A stretch of 64,000 bases of DNA, taken from contig MNCI01002555.1 of NCBI GenBank assembly GCA_015680685.1, positions 504,356 to 568,355 on the forward strand, written 5' to 3'. The translations under genes were made by a program, and so were the position numbers. Shown piece after piece: positions 46,731-61,300 of this stretch. The notes below the pieces were generated by a model that did no database searches, had not been told where the DNA came from, and saw nothing but the letters and a program-made list of their open reading frames with translations. Source of the stretch: Gnetum montanum. Lineage: Eukaryota > Plantae > Gnetophyta. Position 1 is the first letter of the stretch; every line of letters starts with the position of its first letter.

Positions 46731-48599
46731 TGAAAACACCACAAAATTTTGGCCTAGCACTTTCAGACAAGATTCAAGCTAAGTCATGCAGCTACCCAAG
46801 CATGAACATAGCATGACCAGACTTGGAGGCCTCCGAAACAACCCTTGATGGTTCACGATTCAACAGGCAAGGTTCGCCTGGGGCCCACAGGCGATTGCAC
46901 CAACTTCCAGCATCTAGAATCAAGAGTTCCGGGCTTAAGATGCCTAGTTTTGGCTACAGTTTGGTCACACTGGCTTACACTGCATAGCGTAAGGATCAGC
47001 ATGACCAACTTTTGGAGCCCTAAAACTAAGTTCAAACAGGCCAAATTCGAGCACAAGGACCCTCCATGACCTTCACCAAGGCCCCTAGCAACTCCTAGCC
47101 TCCAAAAAATAAAAATTTAGGCCTTAAATAAGGTATTTTCAATTGCTTATGCTAGAGCTACATTTTAATATGCTGCACAGCACATGAACAGTGTGACCAA
47201 GCTAAAACAGCCTAATTCAGGCATCTCAAAGGAAAATTTTGACATGGATTCGACTCCCAGGGACTAGGTAGCAATTGTGTATGATCAGAAGCTCCAAAAA
47301 ATCAAAATTTGGGACTCAAATATGACACTTTTAGTTGCTCATGCTAGGGTCACCTTTTGGTCACGCTGTACAGCGTGACCACAACGTGACCAAACAAAAA
47401 CAGGGCAAAACAAGCAGTTTTAGGAAGCATCTTCGATATTTGGGCAATCCCCAAGGATCAACAGCACTTATACATGTTTGCAAGCATCAAAAATTTATGA
47501 TTTGGGCTTCAAATATGCCATTTAAGCTTGGTCACGTTGGGGCCACACTTTGGTCACGCTGCACAGCGTGACCACAGCATGACCAACCAAAACAAAGCCA
47601 AAATAGCCTCCGAACAAGCTCAAATTTAACAAGCAGCATCCTCTGGACCTTAGGCATCTAGATCCACTCTTGGAATTGGCTTTGGAGATTGAAAATGAGC
47701 TCCAAATTCATCATTTTTATTTCATACATTGGATGTTCACACACAGGATGTTGGACATTGACACCAAGATGCTAGGACATGCCAGACCATAGTTTTAGAA
47801 GGCCAGAGAAAAAAATTTTATTGTAACAAAGCATTATTTTGTAAATTTTCTTTTGTTATTATTTGAGCATGCCAAGCTCTTACGCTCTGGATTGCACACG
47901 CCAGCATAAGATTTGGTCATGTTAGATGCTGTACATTGTAACATTTCGTGCATCCGGTCAATGCACACACTTGTCACCTGATCTAAATTTTTCTCACCCT
48001 GCAACCATTGATCTTCTCCAAGATCCAAATATTATGTCCAAAACCCTATAAATCTCTTGCTCTTCCACTAGATCAAGGTTCACAAAATTTGAATCTTACA
48101 CACTTAGGAGATCTAAGCATCAATCTCATATGCTGGGCTTCATACAGACTTGGACGTTGTACACCTGCAATCCAAAAACCTGCATCTTCCGTTGGGGCTA
48201 AACATCCACCTTGCAACCACTCCACAACTGCATTCTGACCAATGCATATTCTAATTTTTTATCAATACAAATAGTTTGCATTATTGCCCAAATTCTTACA
48301 ATTTACATTATTGTTCCTGTTCACATTTTTGCTATTTTCATTATTTATGATTTAAACAGTTTACATTTGTTTTCATTCATTTACGTTCATTTTGGCATTT
48401 GTTTACATATAACCCAATGCATCGCAATTGCGTACGTTTGGGGAAGTCATTGTTTGATCCATGTGCAGACCATTCAAGGCACTCTGCCTCCGTTGATTTC
48501 CAGCTTGCCCTCAGGCAAAGGCAGGGTCTTATTGTTTCATCTGTAGATCTCTCGGTATCTATTCATTCCAGCCTCTCACTGACGATTTTGGATGGTATA
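46731..48599 (+). repeat. Element C 5' LTR
   Basis: Starts TGAAAACACCACAAAATTT; its 3' part resembles the end of the element A LTR; PBS follows. Confidence 0.85.
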
Positions 48600-49044
48600 G
48601 TAAAATGGTGCTAGAAGGAGGGCCCTTTCTCTATTAGATCCACCTCTTAGCATCCCAGATCTAGCGTTCACACATTGCTGTCAGTGCCAGCATTCCTACT
48701 CTGCCTTGTTCCTAGCATTCAGGTGCTGTGTCCTACTGATAAATCCTATTTTCCAATCCAAACACTGTTTCAGGATTTTCTAGGCATGTTCTTGCTTGAA
48801 TCACAGCATCTTGCACCTTCCCCTCTCAGATCCAAACACTTCCCTCAGCGTCTTGCACTCTCTACCAGTTTTAGACATTGTTTATAGTGTCCCTCATCCT
48901 TATCTCTCTTTTCTGATGCTATTCATAGTGTCCAGATCTAAGTTTTCTTCTCAGATGCTGCATCCAGCACTTAGCTTTCTCACCCAAGCATCCCATCTAG
49001 TGTCTAGATGTTGTGCCTTAGCTTCAAACACCATACCTGGTTTC

Positions 49045-49410
49045 CACACGCTGCAGTTGGTCACGCCATAGTTGGTCATGCTGGAGTTGCTCATGTCATA
49101 GTTGCTCATGCTGCAGTTGCTCACGCTGCAGTTGCTCACACTATATGACACCACTCCTTTGGTGTTCACACCCTATTTTCCTAACATTAGCATCATACGC
49201 TACTCCTCACCCTACCTTATACGCTGTGCACATTAATTATATGATGTGCCTCTTTAAACTCCTTATATGCTGCTTCTGGTGTTCATATGTTGTAGGACAT
49301 TTTTTTTTGTACGATGTTCAAAACTTAGCCATATTTTCTCTCTTCAACACTTAGCCATATTTTCTATTTTCAACACTTAGCCATATTTTCTCTCTCTGAC
49401 ACTTAGCCAT
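49045..49410 (+). repeat. Leader tandem repeats: ~15-bp GTTGCTCACGCTGCA units, and ACACTTAGCCATATTTTCT x4
   Basis: Visible at 49045-49142 and 49322-49410. Confidence 0.85.
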
Positions 49411-49453
49411 CTATTTTATTTCGCTTACGCTGTTACATCTAGACACTTTGACA

Positions 49454-52400
49454 ATGGACCCTGTGCACACCAACACCACCGTCATGCCCGTTACCAACTT
49501 TAGTACTACAATCTCGGGTCCCGTCACCATTGCTAAGTCCATGGTCACCCTTGGTGAGATGAACTTTCAGGGGCCACCTTGCTGGTCACTGAGATTGCAA
49601 GGTAAAGATCCCATGTTCACCATCTTAACGCCTGAACAATATAACTTTATTTGTGTTAAAATCCAAGCTAACCTGGCCGTTGACCAAAATGAACTAGAAG
49701 CAAAGAGACCCTATGAGTTAATTCACAAAGGAGATCATGACTTCATTCCCACCACCTATGATGTCATCCCACTCACTGAATCCCACCATGAACTCCTATC
49801 ACAACTTCTCATGGCAAGGAACCAAAACTCACGCCAACCTATTGTAGAATCTCAAAATGGAGATGAGGAAGATAATTTCACGGCTCAATCCGAACATGGG
49901 GATTCGTATCATAATCTCAGTTCACATACTTACACAAACCCATTATTTCACCCATTCACGGGAGAGGCCATGTCTCTTCATGCAGTTAAAACCACTCAAG
50001 CACATGTGCCCCAATAGGAAGTACCCACTCTTATCCCCACTCTCCCTATGATCGATACTCAATTCAATGTATCCATCCCCACTATTCCTCTAGTCACCAC
50101 ATTATCCCCTCTCCTACAAGTACAACCCCAACAACCCCCCTCTCAAACTAATGTAGGAGTGACTTTCCCATCCCAAGTAATTGGGATGCCATCTGTGATA
50201 CCTGCTTCCACATCTACACACTTCATCCCATGAGTGTAGGTTCATACCACATCCTTGGCTCCTCCAGTACAATACCAGGTACAAAGTTTCTCTTCACAAA
50301 CCATAGTTGGGCAATGGCCCATCCCAGTTGTCCAATCACAACAATCTGTTCCACAACCCACAATTGGCCGATGGCCCGCCTCTGTCGCTCAACAACAACA
50401 ACAACAACAACAACCTGCACCTTACGGTATGCCACCCTTAGTAGTGCCCACTGTAAATATTCCACAAGTGCAACCTCTGACCACTCAACTTTCTTCTTTC
50501 CCACCCATTGCATAGCAGTCTAATTTGTATGGCACTCAAACTAGCCAACCTACTGCTCCACCAAGTGCCCAAGAATGGGCCGAAGCAAAAAAGATGATGC
50601 AAGAGCTCACTGATGAGGTAAAACACCTCAAAATTGCTAACAATGAAGAGCTTAAAGTATTATAATTTTACCAAGATGATCCTATTAGCTCTTCGGTACC
50701 ACCATTAACCTTGCCCAAAGGAGTTTCTTTGCCTCAACTAACAAAATACAACAGGGAAGGAGACCCCAATGCCCATCTAGTCACATTTAGACTAGAATGC
50801 CTATTTCTTTAGGCTTGGCCCCACACAATCTTGCATGTGTTCACCATGTCCCTCACTGGAATAGCATTAGATTGGTACCGAGCCTTGCCTCGTAACTCCA
50901 TATCCTCTTTGGAGGATCTCTTACACCAGTTCGTTACCAGGTTTAAATACAACCTGAAACCTGAAGCAACCTTGGACAGTCTGATACAGGTAAAACAAGC
51001 ACCGCTTGAACCTGTACAAAACTTTATCCAAAGATGGAGTGTCGCGCTCAACGAACTTCATGAGCCAATAAGGAAGCCATGAATGATTTTTTCAAATCAA
51101 AACTATACTATCTAAATGCACGCACTCTAAGCCAAGCTTTTGTACAGATTAAAAACATAGAAGAGGTAGCCCAAAATACCCATGACCTTGCTTACTCAAA
51201 CTTCAAAAATCAACACACTAAAAAAGATAAAGAAAAGGCTAAAGAAATAGTAGCAGCAGTAGCAAAGACTCAACCTACCAACATGGGACAGCAAAGAAGA
51301 CCACCTACTGCTCTCATTAACTACGAGAGAATTGCTCCTGCACACACACCTAAACCATCTACCACGCAAGCTAGCCATGAAGCCTTCCCAGTTGTTAGAT
51401 CAACTTTTGAAGGCTGGGGCCATTAAACATAAGTAGTTGTCTCCAGCAGCAGCCCAGAGACATGCCTGGTTCTGTGAATTGGTCAAAAACCCAAGCTTGG
51501 AAAATCCAAATGAGGCTCCTATTCCAAGAGGCTTTAGACTAGATTGATTTTGCGAGAACCATCAACAGAATGGACATGGTACTGATTATTGTTTCACCCT
51601 CAAAAAAGACATACAACATATGATTGATAGGGGTGAAATAAGATTTGATGATGCCAACCCTGGTAAACTACAGAATCAATATATGGGTGTGTACAAAGAT
51701 CCCGTTAATACTAAGGAAGCTCCTTACATTATTAACATGATCCATATCGAAAATGAGCAAAGAATGCCTAGAAAACCTTTCGTGACTCATGTTCCTCCTA
51801 CAGCATCAACATCATCCCCACAATCTTCGTATCCCACATACAATCCGCCTACACCTCAAAAACCATTTGTCATTCATGTACCCCCTTCCAATGAAACCAA
51901 AAATGTGCAACCACTTACCTGGCCCACTCCCTTTGTGGTTCGGGTGCACCCGCGGTTGCGACCACGGAGGTACAACCACAAAACCGACCAACTCCCTTCA
52001 TAATCAGAGTACCCAAACACCTTGATCTTCAACCTTCTACTCCTCAACCGCAAGCTAAACCGACCCCGTTCATCATCAGGGTGCCTAAACACCCTGACAC
52101 ACAACCACCTCCAATTGTTCAACTGCAACCTTGATCCACTCCATTCGTAATATGGGTCCCAAAAAAACCTGATGTTTAAGCTCCAATGGTTCCCCCACGA
52201 CCTTTGCAAGAACACCTCACTGATAGACTTATGAGGGAATGGTTGGAAAAAGAATGTCGAAGTCTTGAATTGGGGCCATCAAAACCCACTCCCTTAAACG
52301 CTGTACCCATAGCTTCGAAAACTGACAAGCCAAGCACGAGCCACAAAAACAAAAAATTAGGAATGCTAGATACATCACACCCAACCATCACATTAGACCA

Positions 52401-53463
52401 CATGAAAACCATTCCATAAGAGATACAACTATTGGGTCTAATGGACCAAGTCTCAACCAACAATAGAATACCAAAAAGTAAAGACTTGGCCAGTGTCCTA
52501 GCCCAGGTCACACAGGTGCTTAAACAAAAAAACACATCTTTAAGCTTGTATGACGTAATGATGACTTCTCAAGTTCATCGTGAAGCCTTAGTACACATGT
52601 TAACATCGATCCCAGTCAGTGAAGACTTGCCTACAAATGAACCTTCCATTCATGTCGTAATGTTTCCATATGAAGGATCAAGAGCTACATCACTAGGCTT
52701 CAACACGGATAATATAAAAATAGATGAAAAAATAGGAGGAGTCACCACTGCACTCATGTTCATAACTATACAAGTAAATAAATTTAAAATACATAGGATG
52801 CATGTAGATGACGGAGTAGCCACGAATGTAGTACCATACCTCATCATCAAACAGTTAGGGCTAACTGAACAAATCAAACCAACTTCCATGACATTCTTGA
52901 AATCGTTCAGTGGATCATGTGTAGTTGTCAAATGATCACTAACTTTGGATTTCATAGCAGGGGATCGGTTCCCCATGTCAGCTGAATTTGTAGTCATAGA
53001 TGAGATGCCTGGATTTAACTTGATATTAGGACAACCATGGTTAGCCCAATTATAGGCGGTATCCTCACCCATCCACCAAGAGATTCACCTACCTTACAAG
53101 GGCAGTGAAATAATTATACATGGTGATGTGGTTACATCTAACATTCCATCGCACATAGACACAAACCAAGGCTCAGAGGTCGAATTCGGTGACACTACTC
53201 TCGAGCTTAAACAGGATGCCACACCCATTGACAACCAAAATGATAACCAATCTCCAAACCGTGATCCCCCAGAAGATATAGAAACATTACAAAATGTAGA
53301 AACTTCAGAGCATGTTGACATAGGGGTCATTCCCCCAGATGTCTCATGGTCAGAATTACCATTTAACATAATTAGCGAAGGAGACATAGAATATACGATT
53401 ACATCGACATGCCTGACACACCATGTCAATCTTCAAAAATTAAAGAAGCTACTCAACTGTTAA
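49454..53463 (+). pseudogene. Element C gag-protease
   Basis: ALDWYRALP, RFKYNLKPEATLD, HVDDGVATNV, WSELPFN. Confidence 0.9.
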
Positions 53464-54059
53464 AATTACTACATATCTGAAATGACATTAAACTACTACA
53501 CATTTGCAATGACATAAAACTAGCCACAACCAGGAATGGCTGGTTCATTTTAAAACCCACTGAAACAGTTTAAATCTCTCTTTTTTTCTTGTGGCCCGAA
53601 ATGGCCCTAAACTAGAACGCCGTTGTTAAATCCCATCATGACTTTAAATTGATATGCATGGCCCGAAATGGCCTTAAACTAGAACAAGTTACATTTTCAT
53701 TTCTTTAAAATTACATTCTTTGTCTGCATGCATAGTTGCATCCTTTCTTTACAAATTATTATTCCGCTTACATTTCTTCTACACTGTTGTCATTTTAGTT
53801 ACTTTCACATTTACAAACCATTAAAACAACAAAATGAAAAAAAAAATATTTTGTGTTTACACTTGTGTTTATCAAAAGTTTGGACAAATCTTAAAATAAA
53901 AAAAAAACTTGAATAACATAAAAAAAACAAAAAAAATGCATAAATGTATAAATGGATAATATCAAATGTTAACATCATACATTTGCTTTCATACAATCCA
54001 CAAAATTTCAACACAAAAAAAAAAAAACATAACTAAGCTAACAACAATGACAAATTAAA

Positions 54060-54156
54060 TTAAACATCAGCACTAGGAGGGGCTTGATCCCCAAACTCAT
54101 CTGCATCATCGAGTCTTGCTCCACTGGGGCCACCATCATCATCATCATGTCCCTTC
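54060..54156 (-). pseudogene. Element C: terminal exon of the antisense gene
   Basis: After ttctatttttag it reads EGHDDDDGGPSGARLDDADEFGDQAPPSADV*, matching element A DEGGDDAQEAGPSGA...DAGEFKGDDPPVLDV*. Confidence 0.7.
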
Positions 54157-56318
54157 TAAAAATAGAAAGCACAAAACAAAAAACAACTAATTAGCAAATA
54201 TAAAAAAAAGCATTAAATGGAAAAAAACAAAAGCATTAAATGGAAAATGACAAAAACATTCATAGAGTTACAAGACCAAAATACTTATAGATGAAGAAGA
54301 CGTCTTGGAGTTAAGATGATAAAAAAACACCATACCCAACCCACCACTTAAAACATAAATAACACTTACATCCATGCATCATGACAATAAACGGACACCA
54401 CACTTAGTCCTGGAATTATGTATTAAAAGTAATACCAACCCATATTTCAAACACATAAGATAATTCCCCAGTGGACGAGATATACTTGAATGCATATAAA
54501 CGTGTAAATTATTCATAGATAACAGTTTACACTAACACTTAAGTGCATACTTAACACGCTGGACACTTAGACAAATTTTCAGTATTCATACGCTGCCAAC
54601 TTGACACGCTGGACACTTAGAAGAAATTTATACTTACCTTTCACACACCCTCGTAAGCATTGGAGACTTGGTTAGCTAAGGTCTATATTAATTTGATTAA
54701 CCAAAGATGTTAGGCTCCCGAATTTACCAGGTCCTCCGTAATAGCTAGTTTACCATTCGTATCTAAAAAAATTAATACTAGGAGCACCTAAAAATATTTT
54801 ACAAAATGTGTTGGGGAAGGGCTTGGTCCCCAAACTCACCTCACCTACAATGATCGAAAACTTTTCAGACGCTAAAAAATTGGCACTAGTCATGATGAAG
54901 GGGAAAGTAAAAACAGAGCACCATGAGCTTGCACATGGCCATTGGCCATGTGCTGGTGGGATTCATTTCTTTATAAGCAAATAGATTTTAAAATAGTTGA
55001 ACAAGCATTCATCCATCATCATGTTCATGATTCATGACCCATGATGATGACCCTATTTTGTTTTTTCTTTTTTTAGTAGAGATATGAGAAAAAGAGCAAA
55101 AACCAGCAATGAACAATAAACACACATGAATGTGCAAGTCATGGCAGAGCCTCTGATGCTCCCAAAGGCACGCGAATCCATGAAAATGCAATGTTTTCCT
55201 CGCACGCCCCATCCAAAACTTGATTTTCATATGATCCATACTTGCCCCCTTGGCCTTTGGTTACCACAATATTTGTTTATTTATTCGTACTTCCTTGTTT
55301 TCTGTGATCTATCTCATGTCAATGCCACGAATGTTGATTGCTTGCTTGCCACTTAACAATGAAATGAAATTTTTGGTATGATTTAGAACAGGAGAAGATA
55401 TGTAAGATTTTAATGCAAAATGCAAACATCACTAAAAAGGCAAGAACAATACGAGGCAAATCAAGGTGACCATTTCAATGTATAAGTACAAATCCAAAAA
55501 AAAATTCATTGGAAATTATGAAATATGTACCCATTGCAAATTTACTACGCTTCTGTACATTCTCCTGAATTCGACGCGAACAGTTCATGAAATTTTTTTC
55601 TGAAATCGCGAATCTTCAGCGCATAGGGTGGCAGTGACTTACGATAAAATAATCCAAAACTCACACTAAAAATAAAAGGCTCTACTCACACTAAGGGTGC
55701 AGAAACTCACACTGAGTATGAAGAAAAATACTCATGCTGGGTATCAACAACAATACCACCGCTCACTCTACCCAAATTAGAGGCCTAAGTCACACTGATT
55801 TTGGTTCAATAGCCCATGCTGCCAAGTTGAGGCCTAACTCACGCTGACAGAATTTTACAATAGCTTGTGCTATCAATACCCATGGCCATAAAGATGGCTA
55901 CTCACGTTGCAATAGAAAAGAGGGCAACAACTCACGCTGCAATAGAAACGAGGGCAACAACTCACGCTCATGCTGCATACTGAAATCAAGCATGATAAGG
56001 CCAGAATATTTCACTCACACTATTGGGCTAGGGAAAACTCATGCTATTGTGGAAGGCCAAAGCACACTCATGCTGTTAAGCAAGCCCGATTCACTCACGT
56101 GGCGTATGCAAACAAAGCCAAACTAATCATACTTTATGTCAGGCTAGGAAACAACCACATGTTTTTCAAGTCCGTCATCATAATGCACAATGAAATGAAA
56201 GCCCTGAAATAGAAGGCCCCCAGGTGGTAGGAGGCCTAAGTACCAGGCATTGTATTCGCACATGGATACATCCCAGTTCAGTTATGTGTATGCGATTGCA
56301 GGAGGCCTAGATTGGCCA

Positions 56319-58399
56319 TGAACCTCTTACTCTACCATCACTAGTAGTGGGCTCATTGGACATGAACCTTAGAATGCCTTAGTTTTCCCCAGGAAACAAT
56401 GACTCCATGATGACGCTAGTAGCTTCTATGACTAAGTGTGACCACATCATCACACTAAAGTGTTGGAGTAGGAATTCCAGGAATTCACATGCTCCTAGTC
56501 AGAACCATACTACCTGGTGACCCAACTGTGTGTATGGTGTGGGCATGTTTGATATGGGCTCACTCATATAGTAGAGGATGCCAATGAGCTCCACCATGAT
56601 GAGGATTGGCTTCAACAATATCCTACAACCACAAAAAGAAACAAAGAAAGAATTAGTATACATTGGATGCACAGAAATACACTAACTTACACTTAGCAAA
56701 ATTAGCAAAGTTAAACATAGAGTAGCATAATTTAGTAGAAAATATGTCCTTAGGGTCCCTTGTGGGCCCCCTGAGCATAGGATGTTGATACATGCATTTA
56801 ATGCACTTGGTGCTCACTAGGGTACAACACTGATGTAGCATTAGCATTTTGCATTACATTCACATGTTGTGCATTGTCTTTGTTTGCATATTTTGGTAGT
56901 TTGGCATGTTTGGTTTGCAAATTCAGCATTTTGGTAAAGATTTGGTACACATCACATTTTGTTTCATAAGTAACATCCTATCACTTTTCATTCTTGCACT
57001 TAGCATTTTTTCACATTTGACATTTCATCACTGCATTTGATAAAATTCTCAAATTTTTTCTAACTCTGGGTAGTGTAACCCAGGGTGTCCATGAAAAATT
57101 CTAACTCTAGGTTATCCCTTCCTAGGAGTGTAACCCAAGAAAAATGACAAAAAAATTCTAACTATTAGCTACACTTCCTAGGGAGTGTAGCCCCTAAAAT
57201 CATCAATTTTTTTTCCAATTGTCGATTATGCTCCTTAGGGAGCATAGCCCCCAAATCATGAAAGAATCCAAAATAAAAAATAAAAAAAAATGGTTGGGAG
57301 TATAGCTCTAAAGTGCTCAAAAAAATACAAAAAAAATCTTAACTTCTTCTCCCACTGTCGTGTTGTGCCTTCACCTAAGGCACCATGCCCCATTCACGTC
57401 ATTGCCCAGCCCCCTTACACTCTACCACTATGTGTTTAGGTGCTTCTCATGGTCGCATTCTATCATGGCCTCTCCTCCCTACCCTTGCCTCCTTGTCATA
57501 GCTATCATTACCATAGTTATGCTATTCATCTTGCCCTAGCCTTAGGCCTAAAAACATGAAAATGAAAAAAATCACCCCTTGGCACCAAGCACCATGCAAT
57601 CCCATTTCTTTTCTCAATTCCATTAGCCCTAGGGCCACCAGCAAACCCCAATTTCTCTACCTCACACATGCCAAGGAAAAAGGAGAGGAGGGATGAGGGT
57701 ATCCCATGATCCCCTATGCTCAAGTCATAGTCACCTTGGTTGTGGTCACAAAGCCCTCATATTTTGCCTTATCCCCTTGCCCTAGCTACATCCCAAGAAA
57801 AAAGAAAGCCCTCAGTTTTTCTAATTCTTCCATGTCCCACATAGTTCCAAGAACAAAACCCTTGCCCTGTAAGGCCATGAAACTAATCACCCATGTCCAT
57901 GCAATGCACACCTAGAAGAAGAAAAAAAATGTGCAAGCAAAACCCTTGCCACCACAAATGTGCCCTCCCTTTTTGGCCATAGTAGCCATCATAGCCACCA
58001 TGGTGGTGGTCTCTACCAAGCCTGACCCCCCCAAAATCTCAAACCCCCAATGCAAGTCAAAAGGAGTGAAATCCCAAAAAGAAAAAGAGATTGCACAAAG
58101 GTAGAGCGTAGTAGGGTACTTGGTGGATGGTGGCTCTCTCTATTCCTGCATGCATGCCTACGATAAACACTGCACTGCTTATTTTCCCTCATCCACATTG
58201 ATGAGTCCAGGGTGTTGAAATTCACTTTGGTGGATCATGCTAGTTGTCATACTTTGACTATCAAGCTCTAGGTGCTACACTCTAATTGCTATGCTCTGGC
58301 TTCACTTCTTATTCCAATTGCTCTACGCTCTGTAACTTCTCATTTTCACTTTGGAAAATGATTGTTTGACCTTGATGAAATGTGCATATATATCCTCCT
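56319..58399 (+). repeat. Second copy of the element B segment (5' part of the antisense gene), cut off by element D
   Basis: Matches 35642-37720. Confidence 0.95.
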
Positions 58400-61300
58400 T
58401 GAAACACTGTGAAAATTTCGAGGCATCGGCAGTTCAGCAAAAAGCTGGTGACTTAGGAAAAGGAGTCACAACAAGGTGTGGCACAACAAGTTCCTTTTCA
58501 AATTAAAGGCTTGTTCTGCCACGTCGCGTGGCACAACACAAATGAATTCCAGAAGACAGAGCAAAATGATGGGTGCATAGCGGCAAGCTTTTGACTTTGC
58601 AAATTATCTGTGTTTCAAGAACCTTAGCTTTTTTTGGCATATTACGCTGCATTACGCAACATGGCGTAATGCAGCATAATGTTAGAAAGAAATTTGCCAC
58701 AACATCAAGGATGGAAAATGCCCAAAAACTTAACCAACACTTCAATTTTTTGCAAGTGCGCTATTTTATGCTAAGTTAAGCTATGAAGTGTAATCTAGCG
58801 TGGTGCAGCATAATCTAGTATGGTGTAGTGTAATACAGACATAGTGAAGCATTAGCAGTCCATGCGGCACAATACGCTCTCCAGCGTATTATAGCGTAAT
58901 CAAGAAATCACGTATCGACAAAGCTCCAACAAGAGCAGTTTATGCAGCGTTACGCTTTAGAGTGTAAGGTGGTGTAGTTCCACAAGCTTCAACAACCACC
59001 ACTTCAAGTCAACGACACTTTGCAAATTCAAGACACACATAATCTAAACCACATCTTTTGCTTGACCCTAACCTTATAAATGCTCTGGTTGACAAAGACC
59101 ATCGAGAGGCAAAAAATTTCTCCTAAGATTTATTGAATTTTCTTTGTGAGCGATTTTTCCCTTCTATTGATAATCATTGACAACTTTTGACAAGAGAACA
59201 AAGAGAATTAGCAATCGCAAGAATATCGAAGGCAATTGGCAAGAATCTCCAGTCAGGAATAGCAGGTTGACAGACATTCTACTTCAGATTGGCTCCTTTG
59301 TACACCGCTAGAATGAGGTAGATCGACCTTTGCTTGCTTCATCTTTGAACAGTTTCTTGTTATTGGCACGTGCTTTGCCCAGATCGAAGTCTGCTTGTAA
59401 TAGTTATATTCAATATACTTTGTTTCATGAGGTGAATCCCAGATCTTGGGGTTTCCCACATTCTAAATCTGATCTTTTGAGTCTCACCTATACAAACCTT
59501 GCAAATCGTCGTAAATCTACTTCGTCATTTTCGATTGCCCGCTAAGTTAACGATATCATATTTTCCTGTAAAGATCCATCATTTTATTACCCAAATATCA
59601 CAAAATTTTTTATTGATCAAGTAAGTCCTTGTCTGATCGACAAGACTGTTCAGGGCACCTTGGATTCATTTTCTCTCCAACACGGTCCTCGCATGGATCC
59701 AGGGTTAAAATTGTGTACGCGGACTTTCGTTTGATATTTCAAATGACCGATGCTTTCTATCGTTATAGTTTTCTGGTGGTAGAAGGAGGGCCTTCATAGC
59801 CGATCCACATTTTACAGGTAGTCTTGTAAGCTGTCTATACCCATAGTCAATCAACGTAAATGTAATACCTCCAAGGTTGTTTACGAAATTATGTGGTGCA
59901 GATAGGTCACATCAACGATTCCTTTGGAATCCTACAAGATAGAAAGCCCCAATTATTATCTTAGTTTTCCTTCGTCCTTCCCATCTTTACCTTTATCATC
60001 ATTGTTTCCTAATTGTGTGGAAAATGGTTACATCAACCATAGCTATTGTCACTGCCAATCTCAAAAACCCTTAGACTTTGCAAGTTACGCGTCCTGTGGT
60101 CGAGCAACGACTTAGTCTGGTGTGACCACGCCGCTCCCTCAGGCTACAAAACAAGAAGCCTGAGGAACAAGCTCAGCGTAGGGAGCACTACAATTTCCTT
60201 TGTGCTAAATTAGCAGCAAACTTGCCTATGTATTCGCAAGAACTCGAGGAAAAACAAGAGTACGAGTTCATGTACTGCAACGGGAAGGAATTTATTCCTT
60301 TACCTAACACTAATGTACCCTTGATAGACTAGAAAAAGTGGATCATAGATCAAATGCTGATGGTGAAGACATCGCTAGAACAACTAGAGGTTTTGTTCTG
60401 TGATGAAACACTTCATGACGGGCAAGATGATCTAGAATCTCACTCTGAAGGGGGCAGTCATGCTGATTTCACCATGGCCCCTCCCTCTATGACATCCTGC
60501 ATAAATCCATTATTCATGGTTACCACGCCCCTAACACTATCCGATACCAATCGAGTCCCACATTCACCGCACTTACATTTTCTTTCTCTGACTACACTTC
60601 CAGGCGAAGGTCCATCACAGATCATTCCTCAGCAGGCGCAATTACCTAACCTACCTCATCGTGTGCTTGCGCCTATGTCACTGCATGTACATGCAACACC
60701 TATGTCCCAATTACCTACAACACCAACTTTTCTCCCGACTCACACAACAGAGCCTGCTACCATGGCATGGTGGGTTCTCAACATGTCTCTTGTTGTCCAT
60801 CTTGCGTAAAGGCACCACCATTCCCATCATCAAAGTCAAATCCCACAAACGCTAAACCTAGCTACGGGATCTCTATTTGTGCCCCCGGCTACACAAGTAG
60901 CATATCCAATGGCACAGTCGACAGTGGTTGCCCCATCTGCACCAGCTACCAGATGGTGGATGCCACAAGCGGCACCACCTGTAAGGACCGTCCCGATGGC
61001 ACTGACCATCGGCCAAGCTACTGCCTCCATTCTGCCACCCAGTGTGGCTCCTCCTACTGTGCCACAAATAACCTCATCATCTACTAGGCTAGACCAGGCC
61101 TTCCAACTTATTCAAACCCTCACAGAGGAGGTCAAGCATCTCAAGGCTATTGGTTCAGACACAATACAAGTCATGGATTTCTACCATGACAATCCTATTA
61201 GTCTAACAGTCCCAGTCCTATCACTGCCACTGGGGATGCCCCTTCCCCATTTCACAAAATACAATGGGGAAGGTGATCCCAATGCCCACCTAGTCACTTT

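Larger units (their letters stand above)
46731..54330 (+). mobile_element. Element C: 5' part of a Tat-type element (LTR, PBS, gag-PR, last antisense exon)
   Basis: LTR 46731-48599, PBS 48606-48622 (TGGTGCTAGAAGGAGGG), gag-PR colinear with element A. Confidence 0.88.
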
